Shown: positions 1-4,918 of the stretch, one piece after another
Layout: the number at the start of each line of letters is the position of its first letter
Position numbering within the stretch: the stretch's first letter is position 1
From: a virus
Taxonomy: Duplodnaviria > Caudoviricetes
Virus record (IMG/VR): IMGVR_UViG_3300011339_000379
Span: 1-29,918 of that record
DNA length: 29,918 nt
Reading direction: 5' to 3' (one strand)
Made by a program: the position numbers and the translations under genes
Notes under the pieces: model-generated
What the model saw: only the letters and a program-made list of their open reading frames with translations
The model's database searches: none
Told to the model about the DNA's origin: nothing

Positions 1-362
1 GCCAGGGCCTCGAGGGCCGCGCCACGACCCTGCTGAGCCGCCAAAGCCGCCAACAGCGCATCCATTGCTGACTGGACGCTTGGGGCCACCACGGGCGCGG
101 CGGCGGGTTTGACGTAGGGGCGGGCGGCGGTGTTGAATAGGCCAGCGGGTGCGGTGGGTGTGGGCATGGTTTCGGCGTCCTCGATCTGTTGGGTGTTGGC
201 GATATGGGCGGTGTTGATTCCAAGGTGGCGGGCCACCTCGAGAGCGCGGGCAGCGCCAAGACTCGAGGTGTCAACGCCGTGCAAGCGGCGGTAGGCGGGC
301 CAGTCAGGGTGCGCCGCGATCAAGCGGCGTAGGGTGGCGCGGTCTGCATTGGTCAGGTGCAT
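1..362 (-). CDS. Hypothetical protein, runs off the left window edge; probably the first gene of a leftward operon
   Basis: Not in the ORF track because it has no stop in the window. ATG at 362-360 with AGGA about 10 nt upstream; 120 codons open to the edge (MHLTNADRATLRRLIAAHPDWPAYRRLHG...). Promoter-like sequence upstream. Confidence 0.7.
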   Translation of the reverse strand, partial: MHLTNADRATLRRLIAAHPDWPAYRRLHGVDTSSLGAARALEVARHLGINTAHIANTQQIEDAETMPTPTAPAGLFNTAARPYVKPAAAPVVAPSVQSAMDALLAALAAQQGRGAALEAL

Positions 363-403
363 TTTGGTCAATCCTAGCGGTCAGGGCAACATCGCCCGCC
401 CCC

Positions 404-432
404 TATATATAAAGTCAAGTCAGACCATGCAA
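404..432 (-). promoter_or_regulatory. Putative sigma70-type promoter for the leftward gene
   Basis: Minus strand TTGCAT-N17-TATATA; the spacer contains a CTGACT hexamer. Confidence 0.45.
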
Positions 433-453
433 CAACAATGTTTTATCTAATGA

Positions 454-518
454 TTTCAATAGGTTGTAAGATCGACCCGAAAAAACACCGAAAATAACCA
501 AGCAATTTCAAAGGGTTA
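454..518 (+). promoter_or_regulatory. Two IHF-like sites
   Basis: TTTCAATAGGTTG (454-466) and TTTCAAAGGGTTA (506-518), each one mismatch from WATCAANNNNTTR, with A-tracts between them. Confidence 0.45.
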
Positions 519-552
519 GAACGTCCTCGCGTGCGAGTCCATAATATCACCT

Positions 553-608
553 CGCGCGTGGCTTTATCCCCACGCGCGGTGGCCTATAGCCACCGCCCAC
601 GCTGGCGC
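553..608 (+). repeat. Two-hairpin element, copy 1
   Basis: CGCGCGTGG-ctttatcc-CCACGCGCG, then GCGGTGGC-ctata-GCCACCGC, then ACGCTGGCGC. Homologous to 1585-1639. Confidence 0.8.
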
Positions 609-780
609 GAGTTCGGCGGCGGGCCACACTAGGCTGACGTTTCCAGCCCAAGGGCGAGCAAAGGGGCGTGATGGAACGGGCGGCGGGGCGATAGGGGACA
701 GAGGCCAGCACAAAACCCACAGAATGCGATGTTTGGGTAGGGATAGGGGTAGGCCTAGGCCAAGCGGCTTGGCCCTCTGG

Positions 781-806
781 CGGGCCTCTACGGGCCTCTA
801 CGGGCC
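781..806. repeat. 10-bp tandem repeat CGGGCCTCTA, about 2.6 units
   Basis: Read directly from the sequence. Confidence 0.9.
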
Positions 807-808
807 AT

Positions 809-1034
809 TAGGTTTAGCCTAAGCAATGGATAGGGTGCAAAAGTCAGGCTAGACTAGCACTAATCCAACATTTGGCCCCGATCTGGCCTAAGTAGGCATT
901 GCCTAAGCAAGGCATAGGCCAGACCTATGCAGGCATAGGACTAAGATAGGCCAAGCCTAAGCACCGCATAGGCATGGCCTACACAAGTCAGGGCATGGAT
1001 AGGCAAAGCCTAAGCAAGTCATAGGCTTGGCCTA
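809..1034. repeat. Array of interrupted palindromes TAGGC-N3-GCCTA
   Basis: Perfect copies at 893, 947, 969, 1000, 1022; one-mismatch copies at 809 and 915. Confidence 0.9.
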
Positions 1035-1146
1035 ACCTCTCCCGCCCTCGCCCGCCCTCGCATCACGCGCAAGGCATCAGTCAGCGCGGCGGGCGGCGGG
1101 CCAGTCAGGGCGGCGGGCCAGTCAGGGCCAAGTCAGGGCGGCAAAA

Positions 1147-1164
1147 TGGTTTAACGTTAAACCA
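1147..1164. promoter_or_regulatory. Perfect 18-bp palindrome TGGTTTAACGTTAAACCA, candidate protein-binding site
   Basis: Self-complementary and AT-rich, within GC-rich repeats. Function not shown. Confidence 0.6.
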
Positions 1165-1223
1165 AGTCAGCGATGCGCGGCGTTTAGTCAGGGCCGAGTC
1201 AGGGCAGGTGGAAAGTGCAGCAA

Positions 1224-1236
1224 TATCAAGGGCTTA
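1224..1236 (+). promoter_or_regulatory. IHF consensus site
   Basis: TATCAAGGGCTTA is an exact match to WATCAANNNNTTR, in the same orientation as the sites at 454 and 506. Confidence 0.5.
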
Positions 1237-1375
1237 TGCCGAGTCAGGGCTGACTTTGACGCGCGACCCCCCACGGGGTGGCGGCGGGCGGGGGCAGTTT
1301 TATTTTGACACCCTAACAGGCCGTCCGGCCAAAATTTTTCTTTTTTCCGAAAAATTTCATGCGTTGAGTCATCGG

Positions 1376-1399
1376 TTTGTTAGACGCCCGTCTAACAAA
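1376..1399. repeat. Inverted repeat with 11-bp arms
   Basis: TTTGTTAGACG-cc-CGTCTAACAAA. Confidence 0.85.
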
Positions 1400-1456
1400 G
1401 TCAGCGTGAGTCAGCGTGAGTCAGATCGAGTCAGCGTGAGTCAGCGTGAGTCAGCG
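1399..1456 (+). repeat. 10-bp tandem repeat (AGTCAGCGTG), 6 units
   Basis: AGTCAG at 1399, 1409, 1419, 1429, 1439, 1449; the third unit is the variant AGTCAGATCG. Confidence 0.95.
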
Positions 1457-1484
1457 GCCTCAAAAATTTTTTGCTGCAAAATTT

Positions 1485-1508
1485 TACACTACTAAAAGTA
1501 GTAGTGTA
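1485..1508. repeat. Inverted repeat with 10-bp arms
   Basis: TACACTACTA-aaag-TAGTAGTGTA, flanked by A/T tracts. Confidence 0.85.
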
Positions 1509-1584
1509 GTTTTGGGAGGGCGAAGTCGGACTCAATATCGCGCGCAAGGCTTTATGAACGAACGCGCTATTGCCATATGCCCTA

Positions 1585-1639
1585 TGCGCGAGGCTTTATC
1601 CCCTACGCGCAGTCCACTACAGGTGGACTACGCTGGCGC
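1585..1639 (+). repeat. Two-hairpin element, copy 2
   Basis: TGCGCGAGG-ctttatcc-CCT(a)CGCGCA, then AGTCCAC-tacag-GTGGACT, then ACGCTGGCGC. Confidence 0.8.
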
Positions 1640-1650
1640 TCCGTCCCCAG

Positions 1651-1679
1651 TGGACACACCAACTTTTTGTAGCTATACT
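1651..1679 (+). promoter_or_regulatory. Putative sigma70 promoter for the packaging genes
   Basis: TGGACA-N17-TATACT, followed by a GGAGG RBS and ATG at 1700. Confidence 0.65.
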
Positions 1680-1699
1680 TTTGGCAACTGGAGGGAACC

Positions 1700-2092
1700 A
1701 TGTCAGATAGCCCATTGCCAAACGCCAAGCTGACTGTTGTGCCGCAGTCGCCGGAAGATCAGGTCCGCAAGGCTGCTGTCCACGACAGGTATGCGCTGGA
1801 TGCAGCGAGTGCGAAGTTGCTGAAGGAGAATGGTCGTCGGGCTGTTTTGAAAATGTTCGAGATGCTGAACGACGAGGAGAAGTGGAATGGGATGGGTCCG
1901 CGCAATCAGATGGCGCTGATCGACATGGCGATCACACGAGCCTATGGGCGCGTTGAGACTGTCAGTGCAGAAGCGAAATTGGCTGACTCTACGTCTGAGG
2001 TTGCAGGAGCCTTGCCGCACCATTTGAGGCTACTGGCTGGGACGCTGAACTTGCCAGAATTGCAAGGGGCGAAGTCAGCGAAGAAAGATTGA
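1700..2092 (+). CDS. Putative terminase small subunit
   Basis: 130 aa, strong RBS, first gene of the rightward operon upstream of TerL; helical segment ending 'MAITRAYGRV' resembles small packaging proteins. The function call is largely positional. Confidence 0.55.
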   Translation: MSDSPLPNAKLTVVPQSPEDQVRKAAVHDRYALDAASAKLLKENGRRAVLKMFEMLNDEEKWNGMGPRNQMALIDMAITRAYGRVETVSAEAKLADSTSEVAGALPHHLRLLAGTLNLPELQGAKSAKKD

Positions 2093-2117
2093 CTCGTTCG
2101 CTGTCTTTTCGTATTCT
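2089..2117 (+). promoter_or_regulatory. Putative sigma70 promoter
   Basis: TTGACT-N17-TATTCT overlapping the stop of the preceding gene. Confidence 0.6.
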
Positions 2118-2123
2118 GTCTTT

Positions 2124-2191
2124 GCAGCGGTCCTCCCTGTTGCTCGCAAAGTCCTACGCCCAACCGCCCACAAATGCTAGTTGGGCGTAGG
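2124..2191 (+). ncRNA. Candidate small RNA or structured leader with an anti-SD (UCCUCC) loop
   Basis: GCAGCGG-tcctcc-CTGTTGC stem (two G-U pairs) starts 7 nt after the -10 box; then a perfect 12-bp stem CCTACGCCCAAC/GTTGGGCGTAGG (2153-2191). Confidence 0.4.
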
Positions 2192-2213
2192 CATCCTTCA
2201 GAAAGGCTAGATT

Positions 2214-2570
2214 GTGATCTCTGCCAGTGAGAACTCCAAGAATACGCAGAATGCTATCGACAACTGGATGTTGGGTCCGTTGGTTCCAAGCAATATGCCG
2301 ACTGCCAACAAGGACTATTGGCGCGAATTTGCTGCTGCTACGCTGACTTCTGAGAAAGAAGCGCGGACACATCTTTGCTCAAACTGCGAATACTACGACA
2401 ATACGCCTGAGACAAAAGCAGAGATGCTGGCGATTCCGATGAACAAGTTTGATGTTGGCGCCGGATCACGAGGCTTCTGCACCAAGCTGGACTTCATCTG
2501 CCATGACTTGCGAGTGTGCATAGCGTGGGAGCCGAAAGACTTTGAGGATACGACTGAGGAGATGGACTGA
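2214..2570 (+). CDS. Cys-rich hypothetical protein, possibly metal-binding
   Basis: 118 aa; CSNC...C-x6-C-x5-C-x2-W; its stop overlaps the next ATG. Confidence 0.75.
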   Translation: MISASENSKNTQNAIDNWMLGPLVPSNMPTANKDYWREFAAATLTSEKEARTHLCSNCEYYDNTPETKAEMLAIPMNKFDVGAGSRGFCTKLDFICHDLRVCIAWEPKDFEDTTEEMD

Positions 2571-2731
2571 TGAAGTCAAAAGTTGGCAAAGTCATGCACG
2601 AGTTCAAAGCTGGCAAGCTGCATGGTGGTATTGATCCGAAAGGGCCAAAGAAAGCGCCCATCGTGAAGTCCCGCAAGCAAGCCATCGCCATTGCCTTGTC
2701 TGAGGCAGGGAAGTCGCGGAAAATGAAATGA
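2570..2731 (+). CDS. Small basic protein, DUF6496-like
   Basis: Below the ORF-track cutoff. 53 aa, MKSKVGKVMHEFKAGKLHGG...VKSRKQAIAIALSEAGKS; TGATG coupling and GAGGAG RBS. Confidence 0.85.
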   Translation: MKSKVGKVMHEFKAGKLHGGIDPKGPKKAPIVKSRKQAIAIALSEAGKSRKMK

Positions 2732-2874
2732 AGGGGCTTTACGCCAACATCAACGCGAAGCGTAAACGCATCGAAGCCGGAAGCGGCGAGAAGATGCGGA
2801 AGGTTGGAGCAAAGGGTGCGCCCACTGCTGCTGCCTTCAAGGCTTCTGCAAAGACAGCGAAAAAGCCAAAATGA
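2728..2874 (+). CDS. Small basic conserved phage protein
   Basis: Below the ORF-track cutoff. 48 aa, MKGLYANINAKRKRIEAGSGEKMRKVGAKGAPTAAAFKASAKTAKKPK; ATGA overlaps at both ends; I recognise the motif from aquatic phages. Confidence 0.85.
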   Translation: MKGLYANINAKRKRIEAGSGEKMRKVGAKGAPTAAAFKASAKTAKKPK

Positions 2875-3116
2875 AGAAGCAAGGGCCGTCTTTGTCTGTC
2901 GGACGCGGAGAGAAACTGCCTGTCTCTAAGGGGGCGGGGCTGACTGCAAAGGGCCGTGCAAAGTATAACGCTGCGACTGGCTCGAACCTGAAGCCCCCTG
3001 CTCCTAATCCCAAGACTGACGAAGCAAAAGCCCGCAAGAAGTCTTTCTGTGCGCGGTCGAGTGGCTGGACTGGGGAGCGCGGCAAAGCAGCGCGGAAGCG
3101 GTGGGCGTGTGAGTGA
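2871..3116 (+). CDS. Small basic protein, DUF6321-like
   Basis: 81 aa, GLTAKGRAKYN..TGSNLK.P...RKKSFCAR...RKRW.C; ATGA coupling. Confidence 0.8.
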   Translation: MKKQGPSLSVGRGEKLPVSKGAGLTAKGRAKYNAATGSNLKPPAPNPKTDEAKARKKSFCARSSGWTGERGKAARKRWACE

Positions 3117-4530
3117 AGAAGATGATCTTTACTCTGCCCTAGTCGCGCGGTGTGCTGTTGATCGCTATTTCTTCGTCACTGAGATTCTAGGCGTCGAGAA
3201 AGTCGAAGACTGGCAGCGCGAGACAATGGCTGCTCTCGACAGTGGCGAGACGCGAATTTCGATTAGGTCTGGGAACGGAGTTGGTAAGACAGCCTTGTGT
3301 GCTTGGCTGTCGATCCACTACTTGCTGTTTCGTGATGACGTAAAAATTCCTGTGACTGCTCCGTCCAGTTCGCAGTTGAAAGACGGCCTTATTCCAGAGA
3401 CAAAACGCTGGATCGCCCGACTTCCTGACTTTCTGCGCGTCCAGATTGAGATGACTGAGGACCGCATCCGGCGCACTCCGGGCGGCGACAACAACTTCAT
3501 CTCCTTCCGTACTGCCCGCGCTGACTCGCCTGAAGCCTTGGCTGGTATCCACGCAAGTCATGTGATGGCGATTGTGGACGAGGCGAGCGGTGTGCCGGAC
3601 ATCGTGTTCGAGTTTGCAGAAGGCACAATGTCGTCGGCTGGTTCTATCTTCATCCTGATCGGCAACCCAACGCGACCGACTGGCTACTTCCACAAGACGC
3701 ACTCCATCCTGAAGCACAAATGGTTCACCAAAAAAGTGTCGTCCTTCGACAGTTCTCGCGTTACGCAGGACTTCGTTGACAACATTGCCCTGACTTACGG
3801 CACAGGCTCGAATACCTACCGCTACAAAGTCTTGGGCGAATTTCCTGAAAGCGTAGCCGATACTGTCATCCCAAAGGAGTTGATTGATGGCGCATGGGGC
3901 AGAGACGTTGACCTCCTACGCGGCGCGGAGCGTTTTTGGGGTGTGGACCCCGGACGCGGAGGCGACCCAACAGGCTTTTGCATCAGAGCAGACAACCACG
4001 TTGAAGAACTCATCGAATGGTATGACGCCGACCTCATGCGCGTCACAGGCCGTGTCAAAGAACGCTGGGATAGGACGCCCGACAAAGAGCGCCCAGAATC
4101 TATCTTCGTTGACTCGATTGGTCTGGGCGCTGGCGTGGCTGACCGCCTTCGTGAACTTGGGCTTCCTGCTGTCGATGTTAATGTGGCTGAGTCGCCATCC
4201 ATGAAAGACCGCTTCACGCGGTTGCGGGCGGAATTGTGGTACGCAGTCAGGGAATGGCTGGAGCAGCGCAATGTCGTCTTCCCAAAAGACTTGGATTTGG
4301 CCGAAAAGCTGATGTCGGAACTGGCGGAGCCGCAAGCCATCTTCACATCGACTGGCAAGGCAGATGTCGAGTCAAAAGGCGCGATGAAGCAGCGCGGAGT
4401 CAGATCGCCAAACTTGGCTGACGCATTGTGCCTGACTTTTGCTGGCGGAGGGGCCATTGCAGTAGGTCGCTCCAATGGCCGCAATAGCTGGAAAAAGCCT
4501 CTCCAGTGGTCTGCGCCCGGACTTGTGTGA
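3109..4530 (+). CDS. terL: Terminase large subunit
   Basis: Walker A SGNGVGKT, Walker B MAIVDEASG, coupling motif LIGNP, nuclease motifs WGVDPG and SPNLADAL. Start moved to GTG 3109, which overlaps the upstream gene's end. Confidence 0.96.
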   Translation: MSEEDDLYSALVARCAVDRYFFVTEILGVEKVEDWQRETMAALDSGETRISIRSGNGVGKTALCAWLSIHYLLFRDDVKIPVTAPSSSQLKDGLIPETKRWIARLPDFLRVQIEMTEDRIRRTPGGDNNFISFRTARADSPEALAGIHASHVMAIVDEASGVPDIVFEFAEGTMSSAGSIFILIGNPTRPTGYFHKTHSILKHKWFTKKVSSFDSSRVTQDFVDNIALTYGTGSNTYRYKVLGEFPESVADTVIPKELIDGAWGRDVDLLRGAERFWGVDPGRGGDPTGFCIRADNHVEELIEWYDADLMRVTGRVKERWDRTPDKERPESIFVDSIGLGAGVADRLRELGLPAVDVNVAESPSMKDRFTRLRAELWYAVREWLEQRNVVFPKDLDLAEKLMSELAEPQAIFTSTGKADVESKGAMKQRGVRSPNLADALCLTFAGGGAIAVGRSNGRNSWKKPLQWSAPGLV

Positions 4531-4537
4531 GCCTTCG

Positions 4538-4566
4538 TTGACCAAAAGCTGCCTAACTGGTAGAGT
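4538..4566 (+). promoter_or_regulatory. Putative sigma70 promoter for the head genes
   Basis: TTGACC-N17-TAGAGT in the gap after terL; GGAGG RBS at 4589. Confidence 0.55.
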
Positions 4567-4598
4567 ATCGCAACTGAACCTGTAGCCCGGAGGCCAAA

Positions 4599-4769
4599 AT
4601 GCCCATTCGCGGAGTCAAGAACCCCTTTCCAAAAATCCTTCCTCCCACCAACGGCGGGATGTTCTCTGCAAACGGCTCGCAGAAGATGGACCCTGTGAAG
4701 CAGCCCGCCATCGTCAAAAAGACAATGGCTGAAGCCATGCGTACCAACGGCAAAGTCGGTAAAAGCTAA
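4599..4769 (+). CDS. Hypothetical protein (56 aa)
   Basis: Not in the ORF track. GGAGG RBS; MPIRGVKNPFPKILPPTNGG...; TAATG coupling to the next ORF. Confidence 0.7.
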   Translation: MPIRGVKNPFPKILPPTNGGMFSANGSQKMDPVKQPAIVKKTMAEAMRTNGKVGKS

Positions 4770-4903
4770 TGGCTACTACGATCACGCCGCCCAGCCCGAA
4801 CAACAAGGCCAGCGCGTACTACGCGACGATAAACCATGTGAAACACGCTCTTGTCGCGGAGTCTAAGTCGCAGATTCTTGTGGACATCGTGGACAACCGC
4901 TGA
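4769..4903 (+). CDS. Hypothetical protein (44 aa)
   Basis: Not in the ORF track. MATTITPPSPNNKASAYYAT...; coupled start; ends 15 nt before the portal gene. Confidence 0.6.
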   Translation: MATTITPPSPNNKASAYYATINHVKHALVAESKSQILVDIVDNR

Positions 4904-4918
4904 CTTTGAGGGCAGAAA

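Larger units (their letters stand above)
1079..1255 (+). repeat. Cluster of AGTCAG(GGC) direct repeats, including a 17-bp tandem duplication at 1091-1124
   Basis: AGTCAG at 1079, 1103, 1120, 1131, 1165, 1186, 1197, 1242; one inverted copy at 1250. Confidence 0.9.

Noticed and set aside
663-753. G-quadruplex-like G-runs
   Set aside because: Irregular tracts and a long loop; not distinguishable from local G skew without computation.
1151-1160. CtrA box
   Set aside because: The TTAA half-sites are 2 nt apart, not the 7 nt of TTAA-N7-TTAA.
1408-1452. CcrM (GANTC) methylation sites as the explanation for the hexamer
   Set aside because: The tandem units contain GAGTC, but most copies are preceded by A, C or T (AAGTCAG, CAGTCAG, TAGTCAG) and are not GANTC.
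809-1456. Possible CRISPR or mini-CRISPR array
   Set aside because: Repeats are 6-13 bp with 10-32 bp periods, there are no 25-40 bp unique spacers between long repeats, and no cas gene is present.
1208-1733. ORFs 1208-1495 and 1446-1733 from the track
   Set aside because: No clear RBS, GTG starts, and they run through tandem repeats, A-tracts and the terS promoter; the peptide repeats just mirror the DNA repeat.
3049-3108. Longer TerL start at 3049; similarly the track starts at 9884, 13689, 20577 and 21304
   Set aside because: These extensions overlap upstream genes; downstream starts have better RBSs or stop/start coupling.
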